Assembly: GCA_011109175.1 (NCBI GenBank)
Contig: RDEW01000008.1
Coordinates: 342,853-406,852, forward strand
Direction of reading: 5' to 3'
Length of the DNA stretch: 64,000 nucleotides
Source of the DNA: Dicyema japonicum
Taxonomy: Eukaryota; Animalia; Dicyemida
Shown here: piece by piece, positions 47,990 to 62,562 of the stretch
Numbering within the stretch: the stretch's first letter is position 1
Layout of the letters: each line of letters begins with the position of its first letter
Made by a program: the position numbers and the translations under genes
The notes under the pieces: model-generated
The model's database searches: none
What the model saw: only the letters and a program-made list of their open reading frames with translations
What the model was told of the DNA's origin: nothing

Positions 47990-49280
47990 CTATCCGGTTT
48001 AGGTCACAAAACCACAATGGCTTTAGATTATACTTGTCACTCTAGGTGGATCACATGATTCAGGGGGAATAAAGAACCTTCAACCAAGTAGGCAGTAAGA
48101 GAGGATCGAGGTTAAAAGATTAAGAATCAGTCTTTTCAATAATTTTGATTCATAGTAAAGAGATTGGTCGAAATGATGCAGGATTGTCCTTAGGCTTAAG
48201 GATTGGGCGTATATAGGACAGTTTCAAATAGTTGGAATTGTATTCATGTTTATTGAATAGTTGATAATAACTGTGATTGCATCAATATGTCCAAGGTGTT
48301 TTAGTAAGATACCAGGGATAGAATCAGACCCACATTTATTGAAAATAAAGAAAGTTCATCCATTTTCCTGAAAGTTATGTGGCTTATACTGGCATAATAT
48401 TTCATAAGTTTGTTAAGACTGTGCTGATCCGTCTGTTGTCTCTTAAAATTTCTTCTTGGGCCAAACTGTTTGATTGCTCTCTACATCGTCTGAGCAGATT
48501 TCTGAAATGGAAGGGACGGTTCTAGTTTATCCCATTTTTTGGCTTCAGGTCTTCTAATCCTTTTTGATATTTTGTCATTGAGAGTCTTTGTTCGATTCTT
48601 CTGTCCGGGAAAAGAATTTACGTGTCTTTTTAGGGTTCCCTTCTTTGATTAATGATTTAGTGTTCTGATCGAGTTTTTCATTGTAGAATTTAAATGATCC
48701 ACGTGGAATGAATGTTCTCCGCGCCATGAAAATAGTTTTGTGCAAAAAGTCTATAGCTTCATCTATTAATGGGAATATCATGTCAAAGTTTAGTAGAGCT
48801 TGCTCGATGTATTTTAAATAGTCATTCCAATCTGCTTTTATATAGTTAAAAAATGTGTTTCTTTTTTGTGGTAAAAAACTTTTTTGAAGCGAATAATGAT
48901 AGGATTGTGGTCGGATTATAATCCATGATGCACCGTCCTAGATGTGTTCGGTGCAAGGTTCTAAGAGCAGAAGGTAATGTCTGGAGACTTTGCTGATTTG
49001 TTTTCCTTATAAGGAATCCTAGTGTGATTCCTAGAATTATTGTGGATAGTCAGAGAGGTGAGCTGGTTTATTAAGATTAATCCTCTTGAATCTGCTAGCT
49101 GTGATTTTAACCAGTTCGGATGTTTAACATTGAAATCTCCACATAATATCAGGTTTCCAAGGTTGTATTGCTTGGATAGGTTAAGTGAGAATCCTTTTGG
49201 ACAAGAAGATGCAGGGGGGACCTAGATGTTTGTAATGTTGAAAGTTCCGAATCCGCTTGTAATGGATATTCATACATTAC
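47990..49280 (-). mobile_element. Decayed, internally deleted LINE with AP endonuclease
   Basis: ILCGDFNVKHPNW, SPDITF, SDHNPII, FFNYIKADWNDY. Confidence 0.75.
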
Positions 49281-50149
49281 TTCAATAGAGTATTATTTTT
49301 TATTTAATTAATTTTAAAATTTATAACTTAGTGTGACTTGGATGTCAACAACATCTAGGAGATGTAAGTTTGGATCTCAATTTTCATTTAGTTATCCAAA
49401 TTATTAAAGAGGGATTATATGATTATCCAGCTTTGGGTTTATGCGCCTTTTTTTCATTTAGTGGTAAAATTTATATTTTATAACATTCACCCTTCACTGG
49501 TTCAATTTCATATTTTTATATGAAGGGTTTTATTTATATACGTAAAAATCGCTATAATAAGTGCTACAATGGTTAACATAGTCATTCATACTTTAGTCAT
49601 TCGAAAAAGTGATCTTCCACCTAATTATGATCATAATCATAACTACTAATTCTAACATTTGCAATAATTTCAGGCTTTGATTTACTTATTTCATTAATTT
49701 ATTGATCAATTACATCTGAATAAATTGAACCCTTTTGCAGTGACTGATCTGTTAATGACGATAGAGTCATACAAATAAAACGCTCTAAAAAGGAAAAACA
49801 AGGTTAATACAAGAAACTGGTGGTTTATTTATTTAACAAAAGACACTGGTGATAATTTTTGATAAAGACCAGAGATTGGAATGACGAATATATCGAGGTT
49901 ATTAAAAAACCAATTTTAATTGCATTCTGGTAGTCATTTTATATGATTATCATTTGGTCCACAGACACACAAATTAATTTGTTTAGAAATATTAACATAT
50001 AAATGTTGACAAACGACAACAAAACGTCTAAAAAAGAAGGGGTCAAAAGTAGTGAAGACAAATTGATTGTTAAGGCAGACATAAAATGAAAATTTCCGTC
50101 TTCAGCATAATAACACGGCCAAACTAAAACCTTTCACATAACAATCAAA

Positions 50150-51010
50150 TGGAGGTCTTCAACAACGAAGCCATGAAAGCTTCTAATTTTAATTCAGATA
50201 CTATACGTTGAATGAAGAGCGTAAATTGAGTGAAACATCATCGACAGTCAGAACAAAAAGGAGTGATTCAATCGGGTCCCCTTGCTGTAAATCGGTTTGA
50301 GAAAAGACAATATTGTCTCCAAAGACAATGGTGCTTAAACCATCCACCATAGACAATGATACTCTGTTCTGAAATCCCCAAAACTCTTTCGTGCCTTATT
50401 GATTCTGCCCTCTCTTCTAGCCGCTCTGAAGATTAGATCAGACTCTTTTCACTTCTGTTTTCGACATTAATCATACCTCCTCTGTTAGTTCCCAGATCAG
50501 AAGTAATACCAAATCCAGCAAAAACTAATTTTGACGTTAGATATCTTCAATACATTCACTTTTCTATGTCGTGACCGCATGGTTGAGTTCTGCGTTTCTA
50601 GGAAGCCTGAAATAGCCAAATTTGTGCATCTTTCGAGAGTTCGCTTGTGTTCACGTTGTCGATTCTTTGTATGGTGTTCAGTAAAGTGATCTCCGTTGTC
50701 CTATCTTTTTTTCCATTACTATTAAGCACGTTTATGAGGAGAAAAGTCGACTCGTCCTGGGTCATTACAGAAAGGCTTTAAACTTTTAAATAACATTGTT
50801 CCCAAGATGATCTTCTCATTACGGAGTTCCCCTTGTTTCCATGAGTCTGAATTTCTTATATCTTTGGAGGATCTTATCAGACAGACGACTGAAAAAATCC
50901 TTCGGACGGTTTGCAGGGAAGCGGAAGAAAATGACGCGATGCCTATCCAGAACATTGGGCTCGCGGTTATGAGAGGTAACTCCCATTGCTTGCTCAATGG
51001 CTGCAGGCCA
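50150..51010. mobile_element. CRE-like fragments on both strands
   Basis: Minus strand: QQGDP-like motif near 50270-50290. Plus strand: PKMIFSLRSSPCF...IGLAVMRGNS. Confidence 0.6.
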
Positions 51011-51478
51011 TAATCGAAACCTGTCACAACAACTTTATTTTATTGGAAAAACTATTTATTTAAAAAAATTCGTGACGTAATAAAACCACAACTCAAAAAC
51101 ATTGTTGTAATTAGCCACAAGGTTTCACACTTCTGAGTGTGGTCAAAAGTCCCAGTTTTTTAAACCTTGCTGTTTATTGCTTCATTTGTGTCGACAGTAA
51201 TTGTGCGTAACGTGAACAGCATTTTCAATCCTAGTAGGATAGAAATCCCGATGCAGACTATTCTTGTCGAAGTGGGTCCCAATACTTCCGATCGGTTAAA
51301 CATCCATACTCCGATCACCTCAAATATCTCACCAATCAGTACTCAAATTTATTTCTGTACATGATTTTATAAAAGTCTACTCGGATAGCTAAATTTTCGA
51401 GTAACCCATATTGTTGGTCTCATATGATTGAAGAATAATCTTAATGAGTTGTTAGAGAGAAATGAGTGTTAATGAATG

Positions 51479-52690
51479 TTAGTCATAATTATCAATTAAT
51501 TCATAGTAGAAGCCAGCAGTGTTATGGGCATCAGAGTAGGATATAACCACAAAATACAAAATAAGGAGAATTGGAAGTAGTATTGCTGGAATAATAAAAA
51601 TATGAAATATGAATTCACAGACCACCAAAGCAATAATGATGATTGATAACACAAATAATGCAAATTTATAATGTTGAGGTGACATGTTATCTTTAAATAA
51701 CTCCTCAGCATTATTAATAGCAGATTTTAATACTCACATTATAATTAATAATACTTTTTGATTTAATGGGGTCTCTTTTGGTTTTAAAATCAAATGATAA
51801 GGTTGTTCTGTATCCCACGTGGTCAGAATACCACATTTTTGTACCTTCAATATTTTCCATGGTAATCCCAAATGATTTGATGTGGCATACTAAAATTTGA
51901 ATTAATATTGACTTGAAGGTGAATAGTAGAACACATAGTCCAACCGTTCTTTTTGATCCTTCCCAGAATAAGGATTTCGTGATACTCCAAACGTAACCAA
52001 CTACAATTTTAGTTGGCAATAAAACTTTATGGTCAAAATACGTGTCAAATATTCGAGTAATTTCACATAAAAGTTGTACTTCATCGCTATTAGGGGTTGC
52101 ATTCACATCACCAGTGAGAATCATGGCATCACCCCCATTTTTTGTGATCTCGTTAATATACTTTCCTAATTCGTAGAATTGAGTCCTTCTAGCCACTTTA
52201 TATTCATCATTTTGTGAATAATTGGCGATTGTCTACATAATATGAATAAATACATGACAGTTGAAAACATCAATAACATGATCCTTGACGTTAATTCTAA
52301 GATAGGCGACTCCCTTAGCGCCATACCAATCCCCGTTTGTTATCTGATGGGGGTGGCCATTCATTCTAAATTGTTTAAAGTCTGATTTTGTTATTTTATG
52401 ACGAGTAAAAATAGCCAAACCAGCTCCCATAAAGCCACTAACAGTAAACCCAACCTTACCTCATAAAATATTTAGAGTAAGGAAAATTAGCCTTACTCGC
52501 AATTAAAGCGAAATCATTTTTGTCCCATAATTCCTGCAGACAAACAATGTCGTAATTAGAAGAAGCCAAAGCCTCTGCAAGTGCGGCCATTCTAGCCTTT
52601 CTATCTTTACACATTATTGGTAATGGAACTCCCCTAACATAACATTACATCATTTAACCATGTATTTAAGGTCAGAACACTTAAATCCAT
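51479..52690 (-). CDS. SMPD2: Neutral sphingomyelinase 1 (SMPD2/ISC1 family), intact, 6 introns
   Basis: LSVLTLNTWG, DIVCLQELW, SGFMGAGLAIFT, GDWYGAKGV, LTGDVN, RLDYVFY, YSDHVG, and two C-terminal hydrophobic helices; TAA stop. Confidence 0.92.
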
Positions 52691-53689
52691 TAAAATAATA
52701 ATTAATAACGATATTTATAATCCACAACACTTAAATCCATTAAAATAATAATTAATTAAATAACCAATAAGTTCTATTGAAGTAAATCAGACATTTATTA
52801 TTAAAGCAACATGCGTAAAACCACAATACCTAGTTTCCCCCTAATCAAGCTAAACGATTACACCTTCCAATCCACAACTTAGTCAAACAAAAAATGAGCC
52901 ACTTAGTTCTTATTCTCAAACATTTTTTAATAGTCATTCTTGGAGTAAATGTCTATAATCCTTTCATACTGGTGGCTCATTGAATGCATTTCCTTACAGA
53001 GCGTCAAGGGAATACGTTCTCAATTCTAGCAGACAGTAGTTGTTAACTGTGTTTAATAAAATGTTTTATATTTGAAAGAATTATTGGTTGTAACTTTTGT
53101 CAAATTATTAACAAACTTAAGACTTTTATTTTTAAGGAAAACCCAATTAAACCAATATTACTACTCAGTTCTAGACCTTTCTCTTCTTAGAAGACGAGTC
53201 GTTTGCTAATTCCACAGGTGATTGGTTGCTGTAACCAAATCTTCCTCCATAGTGCGCACCCCATATTTATACTCCTACAACATGCTCTTCAACATCTTTT
53301 TGAGGACAACTGATTAAATGTGTGTTCTAGTTGTTGTATCGATTGCGATGGCTCCCAAATGAGATTTATAATCCTTCGAAATGACACCGTCCTAGGTTAG
53401 AACAATATGACTTTGACTGGATCACCATAAAGTAGTTATTTAAGCAACTTTTCAACTTAAGTTTGCGTGAGTATTTGCCACTAACGATTTTGAGGATTTG
53501 TTACATAAATAATTGTGGAGAGCCTCAAACTTCTTAACAAAGCCCAGTCTCCCAAAACATTAGGTATTCGTCATATCCAAATCCACACACAGAGTCCTGA
53601 TCCTCATTGGTAAGGTTTAGATATAAATTCTTAACAATAACATTAATAAATTATTATCAAAGATTTATTACTTTTCTTTATAAAATTTA

Positions 53690-55830
53690 ACGATAACAAA
53701 ACGTCAAAAAGTCTTTGACTTGCCACTCTTGTATTTTTCGACCCAAAACCGCCTTATTGTCTCATGTCCAGTATAGTTCACGGAATACTTTCTCAACTCT
53801 ATGCTCTGAGATCAAAGGTGAGTACCCCCACCCGCATTCCAAAAGCCGTGAGAATCCTAGTGGCAGAAATTCTTTCGTGTCTCATCGATTCTGTCATTTC
53901 TTCTGGCCATCTGAAGATTGGATCATTCTTTCCGCTCCTTCTATTCCCGGCGTTATTCTTTCCTCCTCCGTTAGTTCCCAGATTAATAGCAATGCCAAGT
54001 TCATTATGACTGCAGATCTGGATACCTTGCTTGCAGATCGCGGTATTCCATTACGAGGTCGGGAGAATAATTTGGAGTCCTCAGAAGATACAATCTCCAG
54101 AGAAAAATAGGACGAAAACTCATCGAAGGGGATATCTGCCCTCAGAGTGGTTGAATCAAAAGACACTATTTTCTCCTATTCGGCCTCAACCTTGGATACC
54201 AAGATACTTTCAAGTCCAATAGACCACATTGGTGTTGCCTTACTCAGTAGTCTTCCGGTTATTTCAGACAAGTCCGTTGTTAATTGAATTCGATCCTTCC
54301 GCAGTTCCACAGTGTTAAGATTGATAATATACATCCTGGGCATGTGAAATATTTAATCTCAAGAAGCACTGCCGAGGCAGGATGAAACCTAATCAGATCT
54401 ATTACAAATATGAAAAAAACAGAATGTTAATATCGACCCTTTTGCGATGAACCTTTTCTTCAGTGCTCTTTAACACGTATTCAACAAACCTGACGGTGGT
54501 ATTTGTCCAATTGCCGTAGGGAATTTCTTAAGACGTTTAGCATCAAAGATTTCTGTGAAACTCGTTTGCAACCGTTTGAGTGAGCAAATATCTCAAACCC
54601 ATCTGGGCGTTGGTGTCCCTCATGGTTGTGAGGCTGCTATTCATTCGGCATTTTTGCTTGCCTCCTCCATAGTGCAAACTACTTGTGAAGCTGGATATCC
54701 TCAACCCGTTCAATTCCTTCAGACGTGGAGTTCTGTGTTTTTAGGATTCCTGAAATTACTAAATTCATCCATCTTGCATACGGATTGAAAAGTTCATTTG
54801 TTTTGGAGATCATATTGTTGACTCTTCTACTTGTGTGCAGAAAGGTGACCCTCTTGAACCTATTATCTTCTTTACTATTGACCACGTTATTCGAAAGATC
54901 TTGACTCTTCTAAATATATGGTACTTAGACGGTAGAACGATTGGGGGAGACGTCTCTATTATCGACACTCTGGAATTCGCTATTCTTGCTTTGTCAGACC
55001 TCGTCCTGCAATTAAACATACGAAAGACAGAGATTATAAATGTTAGCTTTGTGGTGGACGAGTTTCCCATTGTTCAAAACCTCCCGGAGTACTTATTTCC
55101 TGGTGCGAGGATATTCGAAACATCTGATATAGTTTTCCTTGGATGCTCACTATTTCTGGAAAAGTTTGATGAGAAAGGTCGATTTGTTCCCATCCATTAC
55201 GGAAAAACTTAAACTTATTGAAGCACACATCCCCCCTTTCCTAATGAAAAATAAAATTTTTGTTCCTAAAATGATTTTCTCATTACAAAGTTCCCCTTGT
55301 TTCCACAAATCTGATTCCCTCAAATCTCTAGGGAACTTATTAGAAATTCTGAATATTCGATTTGACAGCATTGGCTGGTCTCAAAAAAGTTCACGATCAG
55401 ATTTTGGGGAATATGCATGAGGTCTCCTGCCGATTTTTTCATTCCTTGCTACCTGTAAGTTGCAGAGCTTTGGCCAACTAAATCTTATGTTTTTTCACCG
55501 GATTGAGTCTGGATTCTGTACTTAACACGGTTGTGTGACAGTAGACAATAAGTGGGCTTTATATTCTCAAGAAGTTCATATCCCAAAAGGAGTGGGATGA
55601 AATCCTTTTTGAAAATAGCTATAGGAACTTGAAATATGACTGTCATAGGGACTAGACGCTGGGTTTACTTTTTTTAAAACCTGTCGGACTTGATAGAGGT
55701 GATGGCAAGATGAGTAACGTCCATGAAATAATGCCAAGGAAAATGTCTTGCTTAGGGCACAACGTTGACGGATATTTTCTCAAACGAGAATCCGCTACTG
55801 ACACTCAAAAAAAGAAAGTACCGTAGCATT
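53690..55830 (+). mobile_element. Old, heavily decayed CRE-like element
   Basis: RIPKAVR, KPDGGICPIAVGN, LGVGVPHGCEAAIH, VQKGDPL, NIWYLDG, PVGLDRGDGK. Confidence 0.8.
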
Positions 55831-56989
55831 GAGGGTAGTTCGGCTTTCAGACGATCTCCGTTGAGACATCTGACGTACTTGGCCCCTGCAAAACAAAGGC
55901 TTAAACCCATCCACAAAGAGACTTTTGGTGATGCCTTCTGCATTAACTAAATTCCAAAGCGTCTGTCTCTTCAAGTTGATGCCTTGGGGGATATCCAGTG
56001 TCGTCACTGGCCATTGTCTTTAATATTCGTGTAGTCCTAATTTGACGACATTAAGAATATTGAGGATATCGCCACTATGTCTGATATTTCTCCGGAGGAT
56101 ATCTGGGAGATAATTTTTCAGTTTGTTATATTGAAGTTTGCATATTTTATAAAAATTTGTGGGCCCTGATGATGGGACAACGAAAAAAACTGTGGATTTC
56201 TATGCATCTTTAAAACAAAGCAAAGGAAGAGACTCTCCATGTGTTCATTCTCATGTCAAGCACTGAGAGAATTTTATTCATGGAGAAAATAATTTCGAGT
56301 ACAATATTTTACTTCTGTTAGTGACTATGTGAGAGATGTTGTGGAGGAGTGTCTATTAATGAAAAAGAAACTCCTATTTAACTACCTTGCTAATTTTATC
56401 GATAAAAAATTATATGGTTATTCCATATTATGGGTCACCAAACTGTACGTATAACATAACATTTTATTAAAAACCAAAACATCAAGATAGTTATGGGGGA
56501 TCACGTTATTAAAAATTTTGGCGTGAGGCCTGGATTCATTCGCAGTTTATCTCCCTCTAGCTTCACAGTATCTTATGAACGTGTTATTTACTTTAGAACT
56601 CGGGAGAAAACCTTGGATCCGTTCCGCTACCACGCTCCTTACTGAGTTGATCGGGGTTTCTTCCTCTTCTAGTGCTTCTTCACCTCTTTTACGAAAAGCC
56701 AGCTTGATTCCATCCTCTTATTGTCCAAAAGATGATTATTCTTTCTACTTTGAGTGAAAAATACCATCCTTTACATCCGTAGCGAGAGAAAGCAGAATAA
56801 TTTTTTCAAAAATAAAGATAAACGTCTCCTTCTTTAATCGAGTTTTCGTAGACACAGAAGTGCTTGATAAGCCTTTTTGGTCTTTATTTAGCACCTTCAA
56901 CATAATCTCTTCTACATCCAAATCAGAAACCCAAATAACGCAAATGATCAACATTGCTGATACCACTCAGTGTGTACTCATGTTGAAAA

Positions 56990-59170
56990 AACTTTTTATA
57001 GTGTGAAATACGCATGACTTTTGATTTTTCCATTGAGAGACTTAAGCCACGGGATTTACATCACCAGAGAATTTCTTTTAAAAATTCACGTAATTTTCCC
57101 TCAGACACCATCGGACTTTACGAGATTTCTGATATCATACGTCGTCCGCGTAAACAATCACTTAGTACTAGGATTCGTGGGAGCCGGAAAATCTCTCATA
57201 AATATATTAAATAGCAGAAGATTCAAGACTGAGTCTTATATCACTCCCTTCTTTATAACAATCTCTTCAGAAGTAAATCCTCCACATCTCACAAATGATC
57301 TTCTCCCTGTCAGAAAATTTTTTAACCAATCAAGTAAAAGTATTGGGATTTCAGCTTCGACTAGTTGATAAAACAGTGCGTTATGTCAGACACTATCGAA
57401 GGTTTTTGATATATCCAGGCAGGCGACACTCAGCTGATATTTGAAGTTCCTGGGCTTCTCAATCTCAGAATTCAAGATGAAAAAACAATTTCCACATTAT
57501 CTCTCTGAACGAAAGCTTTATTGTTCCTTGCTGAGAAAATTCCGTGATTCAATACGCGCGTAAGTCTTTTATAAATCAGCCTTTTCCTGATTTTTGAAAT
57601 TAATTTTATTAGACTAATAGGTATATATTCAAAGGGATCCGTCCTCGATTTTCCTTGTTTTGTGATCATCCGAATAATGGAATCTTTCCAACCATGAGGT
57701 ACATATCCTATACTGAGACTATCTCCAAATAGCTAACAGAAAACCTCGAAAAGGCAATCCGGACCTTCCTTGAATAGCTTCAGACGACCCCATCCATTCC
57801 AGGAGCTTTATCTCAACACTCCATAATAGTTTGTTTCACTTCTTAGTAATTATATCCATGCGTCATGTCTCAAATGCTTTTCCAGAATTTTTATACTTGA
57901 AAGAGTTTCTTCGGGCAGTAGATCCTTTGAATCAATCCCTTGAATACTCTCGAGCAGCTCCCAAAAGGCATTAGGAACATCCGCCTCGGTGACAACACTG
58001 CCATTGGATCTCTTCAAATTATTAACATCTGATTTAGATCCAGGAGTTACAAGCCTCCGATAAGACTTCCAGAATGTTGGGTTATTGGTGTCCAACTTTT
58101 CCGCTTCAGTCCTCCATTTTTTATTGACTTATTATTATTAGCACTTTCACAAAAGCCATAATATTTAGCCATAATATTTATAGCCAGATCCCTCAGTGTG
58201 TCATTGACTTGTTCTTTAAATAAGAAATCTATAGTCTTCTGAGTAACTCGTATTCTTCTCTTTAGAAATTCTCGGTCCAAATAATCCAGACACCGTCTTA
58301 ACTTTGTCCGAAGGCGATTTCGTTCTGAAATTTTCCGTTTGATATGGGCAGGGACAGCAGCTTTAGGATCTTCAAAGAAAACAGGTTTTGCAAAACAATG
58401 TAAATACTCTTCCATAACACTCAAAATGTTTGCGCTAACATAGTCCACATCACCGGGCAACAACATAGAAGTCGATAAAGAAGAAAGTTTATCCGTCATA
58501 AAAGTCTTATAATGACTCCAATTGACATATTAGCATCTAATTTCATAAACCCTCCAATACATGGCAGACTTTAAATTAACAAACAAGACTTTGGGAATGT
58601 AGTCGCTTCCGATATCTCGAATAGCATGAGTATCCACATGCGCAATAAGAGGTGAAAACACCAGAAAAACACCAAATTTATCACCACCTGTATACGAATA
58701 ATGATTTTGTTCCTTGGATGTCAAAACCTCAAGAGAGTCTGATAAATGTCTCAATCTTTGTCCAGTATGATAGGTCTTACCACGTCCAAAAGCAACATGT
58801 TTAGAATTAAGATCTCCAATCAAAATAGATTTCGGATAGTCAATAAAAAACAGGCCGATACGAAACTGGCGAATAAGAGTCTTTGAATACATTCCCCCAA
58901 TGGTAATCCACACATCGTCACAACAAACGTCAACAGAGGTAAATTCACAATCAGGGTTCCGTATGACTACATCCATCTTAGGAAAATGATAATAGATCCG
59001 TCAATAGAGTTGAGTTTTTATATAAGAGACATCGATCTTTAAGAGAAAACAGAAATCCTAGGTCTCACATACTTAATGATTGGGAGTATATTAAAAAACT
59101 TTCAGTTGTCGGGAATAATTGACATGTTGTATATCAATGTTAAGCTCCCGATTGCGTAGGGATCCATGCT
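56990..59170 (-). mobile_element. Decayed Jockey/I-like LINE (APE and RT)
   Basis: ILIGDLNSKH, IGSDYIP, KAPGMDG, YIPISLIKLISKI, LDISKTFDSV, YDDI-like motif. Confidence 0.8.
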
Positions 59171-59210
59171 GGTATTTGAATACTGGATCGACTGAATTAA
59201 TTAAAAAGCA

Positions 59211-62200
59211 CTCCCGAGAAAACATAAAATTAGTTAAGTTTCCCTTGTGCCGTATTCCTAGTCATCCTCTCCGTCAACCTCGATCATGATTTTCTGTTGC
59301 TAGTTCTCTTAGGTAGTCTAGATCGTCCGCCGACGTTAGTCTCATACCAACCGCCGATAGGTCTTCGTTCAAAATAGTCGGAAGTGTCGTTCTTGGCCTT
59401 CCGCGGAATCCGGCTCCTGTGTGTGCGAATTAGTTGTCCATTGCGACATTTGCGAGGACCTGGTCATTTAGACGTAACACGTGGCAAAAGAGGCTCTATC
59501 TTGATTTGAAAATATCATCTGACAGTACGTCGGGTTTGCATTTATTATAAAGGTCTGCATTAGAGATCTTCATAGGCCAGTTGATCTTGATTACCGATTT
59601 GATCTGAGTTTTGTGGAAGGAGTCAAGACGGTCCATTTCCCGTTTAGGGATTTTCCAAGTCGCCGAGTTGTAGGTTAGTACCGTAATGACAAAAGCTTTG
59701 TATATTCTTAGCCTGGTGTTTAGTACTATCCTCTTCTTGTGCCTCCATATTGACGATATTTTTTAGCAAAGATCTTCCTACGAGTAACATCTTCAGAGTC
59801 TCCTAGAAGCGAGCCAATCTTCTCTTGGCTTCTCCATAACTCGTCCGATCTCCGATCATTACGTGTATGCGTTGTAAACTCCGTTTTGTCTGGATTTACG
59901 GTTAAGAACCATTTCGAATATATGTGTGAGAGTACGATGAGCATGTGCTGAAGTGTTTGAGTATCCTCAGAAACAAAATCCAGATCGTCCGCATAAATTA
60001 TTTCGTCATAGTTGTTTCCAATTAAGGACTTAAACTCTTTTACTGCAGCTTCAAGGTAAGCAATAAAGAGGACCGGAGATAGCGAGTCCCCCTGTGGAAC
60101 TCCACGTGAAGTCGAAAAAAAGTTGGAGGTACATTTGCCAATTTTGACAAAAAGATGACTGTTCTAAATGAGCAGGCGTATTATTTATGTCGTCTGGGTA
60201 AAGTAAACTCTTCAGAACTTCCATAAGTTTTCCCCTGTGTACCGAATCGAATGCACTGGACATATCAATGCAAAGTATTTCAATAAATTTTTTATACCTT
60301 TGGCATAGAGCACAATACCATATTTGCCCTCACACTACATCGGGTGTAGACCTGCCTGTCCGAAATCCACTTTGGATGTGGGATAGGAATTTTTTCACTT
60401 TGTTTTTTATCCGTTGTAATGCAATGAGAGACAGTGTTTTGCGTATGGAAGTTAGTAGAATTATTGGTCTAAGATTGCAAAAGGGACCTTTAACTTTCCC
60501 GGGTTTTTGTATTGTATTAGCCACCCTTTTCCCAGTTCCAGCGCATTGTTTTCCTGAAGAGACCGATTGAAAACATTGGTGATCATTTNTTTTATACCTT
60601 TGGCATAGAGCACAATACCATATTTGCCCTCACACTACACTTTGGACGTGGGATAGGAATTTGTTCACTTTGTTTTTTATCCGTTGTAATGCAATGAGAG
60701 ACAGTGTTTTGCGTATGGAAGTTAGTAGAATTATTGGTCTAAGATTGCAAAAGAGACCTTTAGCTTTCCCGGGTTTTTGTATTGTATTAGCCACCCTTTT
60801 CCCAGTTCCAGCGCATTGTTTTCCTGGAGAGACCGATTGAAAACATTGGTGATCATTTTGGCTAGCTCCTCCGGGGTATGTTTTAAAAGTTCTGCTGCGA
60901 TATATCTGGTCCTGCAGATCTTCCGGTGTTCAGTTTTTTGAATGCTTGAAGAGTTTCCAAAACGCTTATTGGGTGCAATAAAGTGGATTTGTCAGGTTTC
61001 GATAGTTTATTGTGCTGTACGTGTTGAATATATGATCAAAATGCGAAGCTATTATTAGCTTTGTTAACGTCTCCAATGACAGTACAGCCGAGGTTATCGT
61101 GGACAGTGATCGGGGCCGAACTCCTCCCTCTGTTAAAGAGGCGATTTGCATTTAACATCCTTGATCCATCTTTATATTTCGTTATTTTAGAAATTTGATT
61201 TTCTGCTTCACTTGTGGCAAGGAATTTTTGTTTGATCTTTGTTAGGACTCTGCCTCTCTGGGTGCGGAAATCGTTGATTTTTTTTAGTGGATTTGTATTT
61301 TCTGATCGGAGCCTGAGCTCTTTTTGTATTACAGAAAGTCGTCTTATATCCTGACTGCTTTGTTTGTGACTGGGTTTGGGGTGGGACCCAAAACACTAGA
61401 GGCTGCTTTTTGTATAGTAACGACTATTTCCTCCCATACTTTATTTGCTGGTTGATTTTCGTTAATGGAGTTAATGCTATTCCTCAGAGTTGTACTTTAT
61501 CGAAGACTGGTAGATTCCTCACAACGTAGCCTCTCGCGTCGTACTGAGGCGATACCTTAGCGTTTTCCATGTATTCCATGAATTTTGTTTAGTATTAGCC
61601 GAGCGACAACAAGTTTGTGATTGTTGCTCGTTTCGAGTCCATGACCTCGATTTTGCATGAGTGCCTTCTGATGTTGCTTGCAGAGAATATAGTCAATCTG
61701 GTTGTATATTCGAATTGTGTTTCCTGATTTGTCTTTTCTGGTCCCAACCCAAGTGGTCTTGCTGAGTGCTTGAAACAAGTATTGCATAAGAGTAGGTTGA
61801 ACGCCGTGAAAAACTGTATCATTGACTTTCCAGGAAGCTTGCAACGATTACTTTCATGTATTCCAATGTATGATTCTCCTGATTTGCTTTTCCAGCCCTG
61901 GCGACAAGAAGAATGTAAGAGGACGAAAGCGAGTTGTATGCACTCGTGAAAGTAGAGTAAAATGCGTCCAGCTCATCGATATTTGTTGAGACTCGCGCTC
62001 CAGTTGGGGCATATACATTTATAATGGAAATGACTAAGTTGCAGCACTGCGACGCGGTCAGATGCTTCCCACACTCTTGTAGCACAGTAAATCAGGTCCT
62101 GACTGCAAATCCGAGACCATAACGGCAGGGGCCGATGTGAGGGTAAATTGGTGGAATTTCCCATACAGTTCTGTACATTTACAGTTGTTTTTGTCTCTTG

Positions 62201-62340
62201 TAGACAGCATACAGAGATGTTGTATTTTGCTAGGTCGCATGACAGTTTGTGTTTCTTGTGAGGTTGTTTGAAAGTTCCCATAGTGAACGGAGAAGTCGGT
62301 AAAGAATACGAATAAGACATAGTGCAATAGAGATGTCGTC
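59211..62340 (-). mobile_element. Near full-length decayed RTE-like LINE
   Basis: CCLQETK, IINVYAPT, NQIDYIL, LRPIILL, QSGFRTGRST, MSSAFDSV, GVPQGDSLS, IYADDLD. Confidence 0.9.
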
Positions 62341-62562
62341 ACCACCTCAACCAAAAAAACCGACTGAATAAATGGACTTTATTATTTAAATCAGCTTTTC
62401 CACCTACTCTAACGCCACGTTTGAGTTTGACCGAAAAAGGGGAGAATCCTCAACTTCTTGCTGGGAATAATTTCACACGTGCATTCATGATTCTATTTTT
62501 ACTAATTTTGTTTTCCAGATCGTCAGGATGTTAATGATTATTGAAATAAAAATATTTAAAAG

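Noticed and set aside
56000-56450. hAT transposase relic
   Set aside because: A single weak STER-like motif; not supportable.
5357-60860. Numerous 80-300 bp tandem near-duplications (e.g. 5357-5615, 8188-8390, 19897-20093, 23236-23401, 35478-35776, 46091-46350, 60289-60858) as a biological repeat system
   Set aside because: Many flank a single N and differ by a few SNPs, the signature of unmerged contig overlaps or haplotypes in a short-read scaffold; those without N are probably closed gaps of the same kind.
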